This document shows positions 44,572 to 58,300 of a stretch of DNA of 64,000 nucleotides, one piece after another. The notes below the pieces were generated by a model that was not told where the DNA came from, did not search any database, and saw only the letters and a list, made by a program, of their open reading frames with translations. The stretch is taken from assembly GCA_024704765.1 (NCBI GenBank), contig JAKMXF010000233.1:186001-250000 (forward strand), written 5' to 3'. The stretch is from Oopsacas minuta (Eukaryota; Animalia; Porifera). The position numbers and the translations under genes are program-made. The first letter of the stretch is position 1. The number at the start of each line of letters is the position of its first letter.

Positions 44572-46783
44572 TTAATCTTCTATTTTCAAAACAGTTTTTT
44601 TCCTTTCTGGTACTATATCAATACTCGCTGGTTTAGAATGTATAATTCTATTCTGTTGTTTCCTCTGTTCCTTCTCTGTCATTCCTCTCTTCTCTTCTCG
44701 TGCATGATACAGCTGTCTGGGTATATGTCTGTGTTTTGCTATCCTTTTAATCTGTGGATGATGTTTGTACTTCTCACAGAGCTTTGCTTTATATTCTAGT
44801 GATTTCTTTTCTCTATAGTTTGTTACTAGCAGTTTTTCAGAAGCATTAGCTTTCCATAAACGTATGTTAGTCTCATCACTGCATGATATAATATAGTGCG
44901 CATCGAGTGACCATTTTACACCGAAAACACGTTGCATTCGTTTTGTATGGTATATTTCTCGGCTATGGCCTGAGCCTTTGGATGGAAAAATTCGTATAGT
45001 TTTATCATAGCTAGCTGCTACGAATTCTCTACCAGTAGGAGAGTAGTCTACGTCCATAACAGCACCTATATATTAGAGATAGTATAATAGTCAGGCTTAT
45101 GTTGTATGCTGAAGTTTTAAAGTATAATTATTCAGGGCAATGAAAGTGCTAATTACGGTGGAGTTAAGTTCTTATCAACTTGGTGTTTGGTTCTTAAACA
45201 GTTGATTTGCATAAATCTACACTTGGGGTCTGAGAATAGATTCATTGCTCTTTATTGCTATTATTATAAGCGAGCTGCTAACAAGAGAACTCCACTATAT
45301 AGATGAGTAGTGGAAGTTCATAAATTTCCTTGAGGAATATCCGGCAATTTGATACCAAAATTTATCATCACACTACTCAGTTTGGTTGTATATGAATTTT
45401 TCTCCGATTAATATTTCGTATGTAAATTAAAGATAAGATTTGTCCAGAACATATATACAGTGATCCCGTATAGCTATTCTACATAACTCACCTAAATGAT
45501 CTTGATGTACATTAGCAGCTATATCCAGATTCCTCATATCAAATGTGTAGAGATTAGAGTCCTCACAAGCTACTGTGAAGTGATAAGCTTCCATAGGATT
45601 CCAACAAACCTGATTAGAACGAGATTTCAACGTTAATTTCTTTAATAGAGTGGATTGTCTGATATCATAGAGCATTACAGACCTAATATAATGTATGATA
45701 AGTTTATTAGTACTATAGCAATGCATTAGGATTTAACAACGGTATGAAACATGAACTTCTCAGTTATCAGACCAGTGGTTCCCAACCTAGAGTTCACATG
45801 CAGGGGTTGATTGGGCCCTGGGTCCATGACTCCTTGGTTGTCCACGGATGACAGCAAATGGTCCACAGATGTTGGGAACCGCCATATTTTAGGTCATTAC
45901 CTGTCAGAAGCAGTGCTAGCTAACACATAGGATTCTACTGGGTTATACTTAACACTATTGACGGTATCAGTAAAACTATTAGAAGGAGTATCCCATCTAA
46001 ATGTATTGACAGGTTCAGCTCTTTCTTCATCCCATAAATCTACTTGACTACTACCACATGTAGCAAATGTACTATCTGTATAGCTATGGTCACATCCCAT
46101 CAATACCTGTATATTGCAATTAATAGGATAGGGAAGTAAGAGATAGCTATAGACTCAGTCTTATAGTAATTTTGTTTCGACCATTCTATCATCCCTAATA
46201 CCTGTGTAGTTAAGATGGTGGAAACTGGATCAGTACAGTCTCTGCTTATATTTATTCTGCTGGGATCTTTCCATATTTTGATTACTTTATCATCTCCCAC
46301 TGTAATGTATTTATCAGCACTGCCTCCAATACAAATACCACGTACAAATCCTGATTAGAACATAAGGGTAAAAAATAACTGAAAATACAAATGAATTTCC
46401 ACAAACGGGGAAACGAGTAGCAATTGTATTCAGACAATTAACTCTCCTGTATGTGCTTGTACACTGTAAATACACGTGTTTCGTTGTAAATTCCATATCT
46501 TTAGCTCTCCATCACATGCTCCTGACAATAATATAGACAGCTGTTTAGGATGCTTTGCTAGACAATACACACCATCTCTATGACCATCTAGTGAACACAT
46601 GAAAGGCTTAGCGAACACTCGGTCAAGTTTGGTAGCGTTTAACGCACGCGTGTACTCTCTACTAGCTGGGTATGGATGTAGACTGGGGCTGTAATTTCTT
46701 GAGATTTTATGGATATCATTTTTTGTTGCACGCATGTAGTTGAGTGGGTTACGAGAAAGAACTTTTATTTGTGGTTTCTCCAT
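44572..46783 (-). CDS. DCAF13: DDB1- and CUL4-associated factor 13 (Sof1), 5 exons
   Basis: Exons 46783-46447, 46350-46202, 46106-45901, 45682-45492, 45065-44572. Motifs EYTRALNATKLDRVFAKPF, YHTKRMQRVF, NIRLWKANASEKL, RIAKHRHIP. Confidence 0.95.
45773..45883. mobile_element. hAT-like MITE in a DCAF13 intron
   Basis: TIR CAGTGGTTCCCAAC vs GGCGGTTCCCAAC. No TSD seen. Confidence 0.55.
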
Positions 46784-47003
46784 TAAACTGTTTGTTGTTG
46801 TTATTCACAAACAATTTTCTTGCTAATTAAATATACAGTATTTTTGTAAATAAATAATAACTAAAATTTTATGTGTGAAAACATTTAAACACATCACGAG
46901 TCCAATTCGGACCAAGGGACAAGCATTGAGGCCCAAAAATTGGTCAGAACAAAAATATTACATCATAATCGCATAATTATTATTAATATTTATACAAAAT
47001 GAA

Positions 47004-48624
47004 CTATGGATATTCATAAGTAATATTATGGTGCTTTATAATAACCAAAATATTGTAAACATTAACTGAGAAGAATAGAAGACCAGCTAGCCAGAGGAGA
47101 GGATAGGTAGAGTATCCTTCAAACTCGTATAAATACGCTGGAAATAACCATAGCAGCTAAACACAAGAAAATATAAGTATTATCTTTGATAAAATTATAG
47201 TCAAGAGTCAACTCCAGTTATGTCGAAGTATGAAATTGTACAAATTTGGTCCCAAACCGTCAAAGTGAGTTTCGATATAACTGGAGTTGACTGTACAAAG
47301 CTTAAGTCGCGAAACTTCAGTGGTTAATACATATTTACGAGAGTATGTATAGAATTATACCTGAGCTATTATCCACATAGAGAACATCTTCGTAGCTGTT
47401 TTGAATGAGAGAGTTGAATATGGTATTATAAGAGGTAGAATACTCAGATACCATAGAAAGTACTAGAAAATAAGTCATTATAGATCACATATGGTAATTC
47501 TATTTATGAATATAAGAACCATGGATGTAAAATATTGAATAAAGGAATGATACGAATATAATCTTAATCATATTGTTGTAGATATACGAACCTGAGAGGT
47601 GACAACTTTATTGTATGTAGCGAATACAGCTGTTTGTAAGAATACAGCTAGCTCTAATTGTCTACAGAATGAGTATCCAGTGAATATTATAAGAACGAAT
47701 TGTGGTATGAACACCAGAGCTCCGATAAGAGGTAGTAGTGATGAGTGCTGAGATAAGTGTAGCATGTAGAAGTATGGAGAGAAATTATGCTTCGTATCGG
47801 TACGTGTAATATGATAGAAATAGGTTTCTGATAGAAATTCATCGCCATAACTAATCCATACAAAAGTTAAATGGATAAAAAGGTGAAATCTTGTAAACTT
47901 TTACATCAAATAGAATCCAAAGCCAAACTTACATTAAATAGAATCCAAATGCTAATGTCAAGAAAACCGATCCAGAAATAATTCCAAACTTGATTCCTTT
48001 CAAATTAAACCAAACAACTCCTGTATTCTTCTTACCAATATACCCACAATACAAATATAACGGGAGAGCATATACAATAGGATATACCTTAAAATGTACA
48101 GCGAGTCCATATACGATAGCAGATAACTTAATCCAACCTGATTTCAAACAGGCTAATACCAGCAGTACTAGAATACACACGATAGATTCTGCATTACCAC
48201 GAGTACACACAACTATGTTTAGAGGGTTGAACAACCAAAAGCAAGTAGCGAGTTTTCTAGAATATTCTCCGTGTTTTTTACCATCAATACTGACATATAT
48301 CAAATAGCCAGCAAGTATATCAAGGATTGAGAAAAGGATCTTACCATATATGGCGAAATAACAGTTTGGTATTAAAATCCATGCCAGTAAAGGCGTGTAA
48401 CGATAAGTCTCACGTTCATACGGGGAAGCCCCATCACATACATGCTGTGCTGCTTCTGAGAATACAGTATAGTCTATATCTGTGTATTTCACTCTGAAGA
48501 TAGTATCATGGAGGCGTCCATATAGAATCAGTGCTGCTCGGATAATAACTGAGATTGTTAGTAAATTCCTAATTGATGAACTGTTTATTTGTTGTTTTGT
48601 TGTGTGATAAAGTGTTTCTAACAT
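47004..48624 (-). CDS. PIGM: GPI mannosyltransferase 1, 4 exons
   Basis: Exons 48624-47933, 47850-47592, 47462-47361, 47156-47004. Motifs YTDIDY, SPYERETYRYTPLLAW, RGNAES, HFKVYPI, HNFSPYFY, SQYFLWY. Confidence 0.95.
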
Positions 48625-48652
48625 ATTTTGGCTCTATAATAGAGTATAGTAA

Positions 48653-48852
48653 CCTCCACAAACGTGCAAACGGGGTAGCATTATAGGGGTTTACCCAGGA
48701 ATTTCTCGGACGGCACTTTTCTTGCAGGTACTCACATTGGATCAGTGGCGGCGCTAGCCAGTATTGTGTCCTTGAAGGCTGCTGGAGTGTCATTTTCTAG
48801 TGCCCGCCAAGTACCCAGATAAACTCCTGGCTGATACCCTATTTGTGGAGAT
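48653..48852. mobile_element. Small fold-back element (TIR AACCTCCACAAA) with a hAT-like MITE (48684-48829) in its centre
   Basis: Outer TIR is shared with a ~60-bp element at ~36604-36663. Inner TIR TAGGGGTTTACCCAGG / CAGGAGTTTATCTGGG resembles ~13508 and 28079. Confidence 0.55.
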
Positions 48853-49356
48853 CTCACTCAAATTCCTTCCCCGAATTATTCAGGAATCAGGAAACTCCTT
48901 TTATTTAAGAATCCAATTACAAGTTGAGAATACAAATAAGAGAAATTGTTAAAATTTGTCAAAACTAACTTCACCGTTTTTCATTAATGTAAATTTCAGC
49001 TTCATCTTCAAGATCAAAGCACTTACTATCTTTTGAAATTATAATGAAAGAGATAAGCTACTCAAAAGTACAGTCCATTTTTCCGTGTTCGATTTAACGG
49101 TGAGTTGACTGAATTAGCATAGTATTATACAGACAATGGAGCAAATTTCGTGATTCATCTCTAACTGACAGAGCATATATATAATTGAATGCCATTTTCA
49201 AAGAATCGTGAAGTTACCTAATGTCTACCCAATTTAAACTTTGTATATTTATGCGTATTAGATGAGATATTAAAGAAATATAAAATCGGTGTAATACTCA
49301 AAATACCTAAATTCTAATCAATTATTCACCTAAAATATAGCTAATATTAATATGAT

Positions 49357-52300
49357 CTATTGTGGTTCATTTGAAGCTACAAATTCGAACCATTGTCTCA
49401 GTGCATTACTAACCGTCTCAGGTAGAGTTTGTATATCTCTCAGGACTATGTAGAAGGGGAATGGAAATATTTCTAGGTAGGATTTGAACTGTGGAAGTGT
49501 GTTTGTTTGACTGAATACTGGGACTTTGATGTCAACTATTGAATCTTTGTTATCTGGACTATCTAGTATTATAAAAATTACAAAAATTCCATTGTCCATC
49601 GTCTGTCTCACAGCTTTTTCAACAATATCTTTGCCTTCAAGAAATATTCCCCTTCCATCTGAAATGATTATCATTAGTTGGTTAATGCTCCCTGAAAAAG
49701 GTGTGTGTACATATGTACGATTTTGCACCATCAAAGGTGTGATCTTTCGCAGCATTTGCGCGATTTTAGTTTTCATTTGCTCCATGCTAAGTTGTTGCAA
49801 AGCTTGATATGCCCTTTCTTGAGTAAACGGAATTCCTAGGGGTAAAATTACGTCTGTTGTTTTGCCGAACTTACAAACACCCAGCTGTCCAACATCTAGC
49901 CAGGTAAGTGCATTGCCGAGCAACGCGAAAGTTTGAAAAGCAATAGTTTTAGACTTGTAAATAGCCATACTCTTGGAATCATCGATAGCTAACATAATTT
50001 GATATTGACGTTTATTTGGTTGTGTTCTTCGTAGCCAAATCTTATCATTACGAAACTGGCTTGCAATGTAAGGGATTATTTTCCGCATGTTTAGACGTTT
50101 TCCTGTCCTGTAGTCGCCCTTTAGTTTTGAAGCTTGTTGTGGTTGTAAGATTAATCGTAACTGCTCGCAGAGATCGCGAGATAAATGAGATACCTCGCGG
50201 TCTGTTTCAAGCCATAACTTCTGTGTTTCACTTGCAATTTGTAACTGCTCAATATTTTCCAATTCCACTATAGGAAGTTCGGTTTGCATTGTATGTACTG
50301 TTGGATGAATATATTGCTCGTTTGTAGCGAATAAAGACACTAGATTTCTTGTTGTATTATCCTCATCCATAATCTCGGATGTATAGCTATCATCTTTACT
50401 TTCTCTGTCATCATCTTGTGTTATGAACTTATTCTCACTAGTTACACGTGTATCCATTGATAGCTCTGCATCTCTTTCAAGTTGCACTTTATTTGAATCT
50501 AGATTATCATTACTTTCTTCGTTAGAATCTAAATCGTAGCTCTCTGAGGTTCCTGTTTGGGGCTGCGTCTTTGCTTGTTCATTAGTTGCACTATCAAGTG
50601 CTGTAGTGTCAGATTGATGTCTATCAGAGTCTTTAGTTTTGTGTTTGTAGAGATTAGAGATTTGTTCATTATCTTGTGGTTTGTTTTGCTTGTTGTTATT
50701 GTTATCTAGCATATCTTCGTTTAGGATTTTTTGCTTTTTCAACTGCGGTTTTTCACCTTCTTCTGCTAATTGTCTGTTTTCATTAGAGCGAGATAGTTTT
50801 GATTTTAACTTATTTTCATCGCTTGTGCCCGATTCGTTTCGATTCGATTCACCACCATCATGTGTTTCTGTGACTTCTCTGTCATTTATACTCCCAAAAT
50901 TATCGAAAGCCTCTTCATTCTGTGTATTTTCATCCATCTGTCCGTTCGTACCAGTACCGTATTTGCTGCTTGATTGTACAGCAGTTTGAGGGTCACCTGT
51001 GTGTTCTGTTGTGTCAAAGGGGCGTGGGTCATTTTGGTTTGTATCAGGCTCGCTTTCATTATTAGACTCATTACCTTCTAACTTATCCATGGTTTTTAAA
51101 TCGAAGTCTTGTTCACTTTCATTATCCATAGTCTCCAGAGGATCTTGAATAGAATCATCCACTTCCATATCATCTCCTGAATCTTGATCAGAACTTTCAA
51201 TGCATTGCTCAATGGAATCTTCACGCTCGATTCCATCTAAATTTAAGTCATCTGAGATATCTAATGGTTCTGGTAGTTGACCTTGTTGTTCATTATCAGT
51301 AGTCTCACCGGGTAATTGCTCATCCAAATCTAAATTATCATTTAACTTGTCTTGCAATTGATCAACAGCTGTATCTTCAATCCCATCCTTTCTATTTTCC
51401 TTTTGAGAATCGCTGTTTTTAACACTTTCACCTTTCGCAACTATCTTTTCATCCTTTGATTGATTCCCTCCTTCTTGATTTCCTTTTACTTCTCCTTCAT
51501 CGTCGCTCGATTCTCCCCACATTTCTTCATTCATTTGTCCCTGTTTATCATCTACCTCTCCTATCCGTTTATCCAAATCATCAACATTAGATCCCTCACT
51601 GTTCCCTTCATCATCCTGTCCACTCGCTTTATCACCCATTCCACCTTCAAAATCCTCACTCATTTCAACTCCCTTTTCTTCCTTGATTTCTCCCTCGTTT
51701 TCATTCTTCGATTCTTCATTCTGTAATCCTTCAACCTGTTCTTGATTGTCTATCTGTTCACTGACATTGGTAGCTCCCTCTCCATCGCCGAAGCCTCCCC
51801 CTTCGAATTCTTGTAATATAGTCTCTCCCTCTTTCGCCATTTCCTCAATAACAGCTTCTGGTGCGCAAAATCCTTTGGCTGACACAAGATTAAAAATGGA
51901 GAGGATTGTTTGAAGCAACTCATTTGAATTGTATTGTATTTCAACATGTTTGAGGAATACAGTCTCACACAAAAGCAAATAACTTCTGAGTACTGATTGC
52001 AATTGCAGGAATGACAGTGTTTGCATTTGTAACTTTTCTCCTGTACAGGAGCCTAATTCGTCTAAATTTGATTTTAGATTTAAGACTGTCTTATCCAAAA
52101 GGCGAAAGATTCTTCCTTGTTTGCATATTTCGAATTCAACATTGTCTAAAAGGAGGTTTTTCAGGCATAGATCCGGATTTCTTGATGAATTCGTTAATCC
52201 CAACTTTTCTAATGATACAGTTTGGTCTGATGTATTGATGTTTGTTAACGTTTGAACAGAAGTTAATATTATCTGGAAAATCCTTGAAGTAAAGAGCATT

Positions 52301-55300
52301 TTAATTGGATGTTCACTAACCGTTGTTTCAACACGAATATTTTCAAGTTGATGTTGAATGGATAAGAATTGTTCCAACGTTTGTTCAAACTTTGAATGTA
52401 TTTTGAACAATCCATGGAAAAACCCATATTCAATATTTCCGGTTGCTTTACTGGTTAGGGCTTTGGTTAATTCACATGTAAGTATTTTTAATAAGTTTGA
52501 AAGTATATTATACTTGTGTTTCAGAACAGTGAAATCATTCCATTGAAATAGTATACAGGTTTGTAAAGTTGCAAGATCATGCAATAATATATCCACATCG
52601 TTATAAGTATTGTCTAAAAGTTCTCTAATATTTACAGCTACCATTGAATCAGCAATTATTCTAGGCAGTAGAGAATCTTCGAGGGGAAATGTTCCATTTT
52701 GCGTTTTGTTAATTCTGGTTAATAGGTAAGAACACTCTCTTAATTGTTCTAACAGGCCCTGAATAATACACCTTAGTTTCCCTACGAAACAATACACTTG
52801 AGTGGGTAGCAGTAAATGGGATTGAGGAGTTGAAATGTTTGTGTGATCAGAGGAACGCACTAGCATATTGCTGATATCATTTATAGACTGAGCTAACTGG
52901 AGAATGTGTTGTCTATGGGTGATTATACAATGCAACATGTCGATTGAGTAGGCACGGAGGGATTCCACTAAGTATGGCGTAAGCTGTTTATGTGGTTTAT
53001 GTAGGGACATATCTAGAGAAGTAATCAGTTTAAGATTATCGAAGAATACTCTATCAATATGCTGGACACATGTATTGGTAGATATAAGGAGATTTGGTGA
53101 TGGTAGTAGTGTGTGAATTGACGCAAAATCGATCGTATCGAGTAAAGTTTTACCTCCTGTAGAAGCGAATCTGTTTGAAAAACCAAATGACCTCAGAAGT
53201 TTGAATAATTCAGAAAGAAGTCTCTGTTTCTTCATACAAAGGAATTTTTGTTGTTTCATTTCTTCTTTTTCAGCTGGTGATAAACTCTCTTTGGTTTCAG
53301 AAATAATTTCATTCATATTATCTCGGATTTCTGTAGTTAAATTTCGAATTTCTTCCATTTCTTGGAGTTGTTTGTCGTCTCTTGAATACTTTAACATGTA
53401 TTTTAGGAGCTTTGCACCTATTTTGTCAGTTCTTTTCGGTAGGACAACGTTTGATTGTTGACATTCCTTCAAAATATGGGAAATATCGACTGGTGAATTT
53501 TCGCGTAGAGTTTGTACTATTTTAACTTTCATTTCTTTCAAACAATTATTTGGTGGTAAAACGGGAAATTTCTGAAGATTAAATGTGCTAATAGTTAATA
53601 GCTCGTGAATCGGTTGGTTTAGTACTTCTTCATATTTTCTTATATGTTTGTGAATTGTTCTATGTGATTTCTCAACAGTTTCCTTTAATCGCCAATAATT
53701 AATATCGTTCCATTTAGAAATGGACACAAATTCCTTCAATTCCTTTACTACTGGGGTACATTGAGTTTCCAAACGATTCTTTACGCTTTGAAGAAATTGT
53801 GAATAAAATGAGTGTAAACTTGTTAGTGTGTGGAATATTGCATTTGCAGATTTGAAGGAAAACTTGAAGTTTCCAAGCAAATTTAGTTTCATTTCAAAAT
53901 TCCCTAAAGTGCTCGATTCAATAAATTGTTTGAGCAAATTTGCGATATTTTCAATGTTTTCGAAATTTTCAATTTTTTCTACAGAAAAATAAGCATTTAT
54001 AATTTGGTAAATGTGCATGAACAATTTGGTAGATTTCATCTCATATTTTCTTTTTGAAGCTTCAAGGACTTTAGGCCATCCTACTAATTCCATTTTTCTA
54101 TATCTAATTACGAGTTCAGAAATATGTCCCAATTCTTCCTGTATAGATACATGTTTGGCAGCATATGCTTCCCAATCCTGTGCTTTTGTAATCAAGATCT
54201 GTAATCCAGTCAAAATCTGCATAATAGGACTTGTAATAGATAATGATAGTATTCTATCTGCTACAACTATTAATTGATTCAGTACAGAGTGATCTGGCCA
54301 TTCTTCTAACAACTGATATATTCTAGTTTTGAATGTAATCAGTGCTGGTTTGACTTGTTGTAACTCGCTTGGATTGGGATCTATGTAAAAATCATATATT
54401 TCTGTCGTCAAATTTTGGGTGAAAGATTTCAAGCAAATGTCAGCTATTGCAATATGAAGATTATAATCGCCTTTCAAATTCGTTGACATACCATGTGTAG
54501 TATTATATTGCTGCAGAATACGTTCTTGTAGAAATATACCTGAAATTTGGGATTGGTTATTGAATTTCGAATTTTGAATTAGGAAATTTCCTGTATGAAA
54601 ATAGGAATGACTATTTGTTAGTATTGTGTAAGTTTCTTCAGTAAAACTCCAAATATTTTCATCCAAATTCGGTTTCAAACTTTTCGACGTGTCCGCTGAA
54701 ATGTTCGTTTCTGTATTTTCTACGTCACTAAATCTGTCATAGTAATCTGGAAATTTCTCCTTAAAATCTTTCTCAATAATTTCTTCAGAAGAGTCTGAAC
54801 AATGCTCTACTTCTTTATACTTGTAAAGAGAATCCTTTTCTATTGCTTTCTGCTTCTCTCGTTCTATGTATTTATTCCATTCTTCGCTGTATAAATCAAG
54901 TATTTTGTAAAATAACCTTTCTAATATGTCCAGAGAATAAGGCTTTAATGATTTTAACTCTAAAATCCAAAGTAACACTAGCCTACATATTTTCTCTCGA
55001 AAATTTGAGGATATTTTGAGAAATATTTCTGAATTAAGAATGTTTGTAATTCTATCGATATTTGTTGGAGAGAGCTCATCATAATTTGAGAAAGTTATCA
55101 ATTTCCGTTGAATAAAGTCTATTGGAATAGAAATAATATTTTTCTGAATTCTGCTATGAAGACCATAGAGTAAAATTGATAGAGAGAATGCAAATGGCGT
55201 TATCACGTCAGGATATGCTAAATATTTTCTTTGTAAGTTAATAATCGTTCTCGAAATTGAGTTGATATGTGTTGATAAGCGTTGAATGATGTTTTGTGGT

Positions 55301-58300
55301 GGTTCACCTTCGAGTTGTTGAATTAAATCACGTATTTTTGTAGCATCGCATAAAGTTTGTTGTATTTTCCTACAAGTATAGTATATTTCTTGATATTGAC
55401 TGTGTGTAGGTCGTATTGCTAATCTCTTCTTTATATTATCAATCTCATTATTCAGGTTCAAAATTCTTCTTTCCAAACGCTCGATAGGCAAAGGCGTTTG
55501 TTTTCGCAACCCGACCTCAGTTATGCCAAAACAAACTCTATAATATAGATTATTTGCTCTCAAGTTAGAATTCAAGTTATTCAACTCTCTATTTAGACAT
55601 TCCAATTCTCTTTGATTAATAACTACGGGATCTAGTGGAGTATGAGGAGCGAGAATATTAACCATTGTAATTCCAAGAAATATCATTGAATTGTATTGAT
55701 GTGTTATGTCATTCGTTTCAATCCAATTATCGAATGATAAAATAGATTGTTTGAAATTTGAGATAAATGTTTGATAATTTTCCTTGTTTTCTTGTTCATT
55801 AATCAATATTTCTGAAATATTTGATAGTAATCTCTTTGCTAGTGTTAGTATTTCATTTTTATCTTCAATATTGAAAAGTTGTATGTGATTTTTAGGGAGA
55901 ATTATTGCATTAAATGCCTTGCAGATTTCTATCAATGCAGCCAAGAAAATATTCTCAAAGTTGCTAGGGTCTCCGATAAAATGGGTGAAGGAAACACAAG
56001 CAAAATGATCGATCATTTCCCGTAATTCTTCACCCTTATCCTCAAAATTATTCAATTTTATTCCTATTTTGTTGTTTTGTTGTTCTGTCACTGATTTGGA
56101 ATTATTACCAAAACTTTCAACTATATTAAAGAGGAATGAGAAAATTTCTGCATTCGGAGTAGTTTCTGAGAGCAATAGTTGAATGTTATGAGTTACAGAA
56201 GTTATGAATAATTCCTGAAAAAATATCAAATTTTCTCTCATTCTGCCTCCTTGTGAACAAATGGTAGGTGACAGCAATGAGAGGACATTTATATCAACAA
56301 CTGTGTAGGAATTTGCATGCTCAAATAGCCGAGTTAGTGAGTTGTTTATTATCGCCTCTTCCAAGTTATAATACTTACAAATAGAACAAATGTATACTAT
56401 AGAACTGTAGAAGTATTCTTGTTGAGCTTTACGTAAAGGACTTTCATTCGAGATTTTGTCATTCGGCAGTCTAATTTTCTGATTTAATTCAGAAATAGTT
56501 TGTTGAACATTTCTATACTCTACAGTCTGAGAGTTTGATAGATCTAATGAACAAGAAAATAAATTTGATCTAATTTGAGAAATTTGGCGAATAATATCTT
56601 TAGAAATATCAGGAATGTGTACTATTACTTCTAATAGAGATTGCAAGCTTACAGCACAATTAACTGCTTCGACTGTGCTTAGTGGTAATGGCCTTGGAAA
56701 TGCCTCCAACACACGAACCAGTGGTGAATCTATCATGGATGTATTTAGATCTTCCTCAATTTGGTTTATCAATGGGTATATTTTGGGTATTTTCTCCCAA
56801 TGAATGCCTTTTTGTCCTAGAAATTGTAGAAAGTTTTTCGATAGCAAATACCATACAATTGTTGTATTTTCTTTACTTCTTTCATTTCCGGAGATGATGT
56901 ATTCGATAAAATTCTGTAACCAAATAATTGATCGGTTGATAGCATCCCAGTTAGAGTGATGATGAATATTCCAAAAGAATTCTTCAACTAAGAGGGTTAA
57001 TATTTTGGAAACGAAGGGGTAAAAATACTTGATGCTTTTTATTTCCATATTCTCTGAAGAGTGTTTATTCTCTACAAAATCTTGCGATTGTTCATATAAT
57101 GATTCACCAGTTCCTTGAAAATTCTTAACATAAAGTTGTATAATGTGAACATTAATCCTCAAATATATTTTTTCAACCTCGTTCATAACTCTATATAGCA
57201 TTTTTTGATTGAGACTCCTGCAAAACATATCTCGATACGATATATCCAATGGTAAGTGCTGTGGATCAATTTGTGTAATCGCAAATTTATCAGTTATAAG
57301 CTCGTGTAACCTATTCTTACTGATAAATTGTATAATGTTATGAGTATAAGGGTAGATTAGTACAAATTGGTTTATGATATCTTCTCTGTGACTAATATCA
57401 GACTGTGTAGATAGAAGTACAAACAGGATTGAAAGATTTTTCTGGAAATCTTCAGTATTTTCGGTTGTACTTTGATTGAATATTTCACTTTCGCTTAGTA
57501 CATTCGACAAAATAGGATTATTTGTTAGAAAGTTCACATTTCTCCATTTATTCCTCTCGATAGTTGAAGTGCATGCATCAGTTTGCATTATTTCCTCGTG
57601 TTCAAGGATATCCCCTTGATAATGGCTTATACCTAATATTTTTCCTAGATTATCCCTCTTTTCAGCATATTTCATATCTAAGAGTCCATATTTTAGATCG
57701 GTAACCGGACTACAATCTTGATGTTTAGAAATTTCTGAAATACAAATCTCTATTCCTCTATTCCTCATAGCACGAGACAATTCTCCAAGTTTCTGATCCA
57801 TACAGAAGAATATTCTAAAATCTTTATGTGGAGTTATTTCTTCACAAATATCATTAATTATTCCTTTTTCGTGTAAAACTAAAGTACCATTTGGTTCTAA
57901 TAGAGCATTTAGTCTATCCAGTACTGATGGGGAACAGAGATTCACATTGTCTATCAATAACCAATGCCCTCGTTTAGCTGCTAATACTAAGGGACTGTCG
58001 ATCCAGGCGAATTGATTCGTAGTTTGAGAGTTTGTTTGTAAACTATCTTGAATTGATTGTAGTTTGCTTGTAACATGACGTAATGAAGAACGTATTTTAG
58101 CAGGGATCGAGTAATAGTGCAGCAAACTTGTAATTTTTCTGAGAATTATTTCGATTGAGTCTTGCAGTTTATTCTCGTTTTGCAGGCTATAATTCGATAA
58201 AAAATGATAATGTAAGTAGATTTCTTTAGCCAATATGTGGTTAAAATTCGTTGTGAGATACCCAGCTAGTTCATTCTGAAGTTTATCAAGGCAAACTTTA

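Noticed and set aside
48653-48852. GC-rich stretch as RNase P/MRP or a snoRNA
   Set aside because: Conserved CR-I/CR-V or C/D and H/ACA boxes were not found; nested TIRs explain it better.
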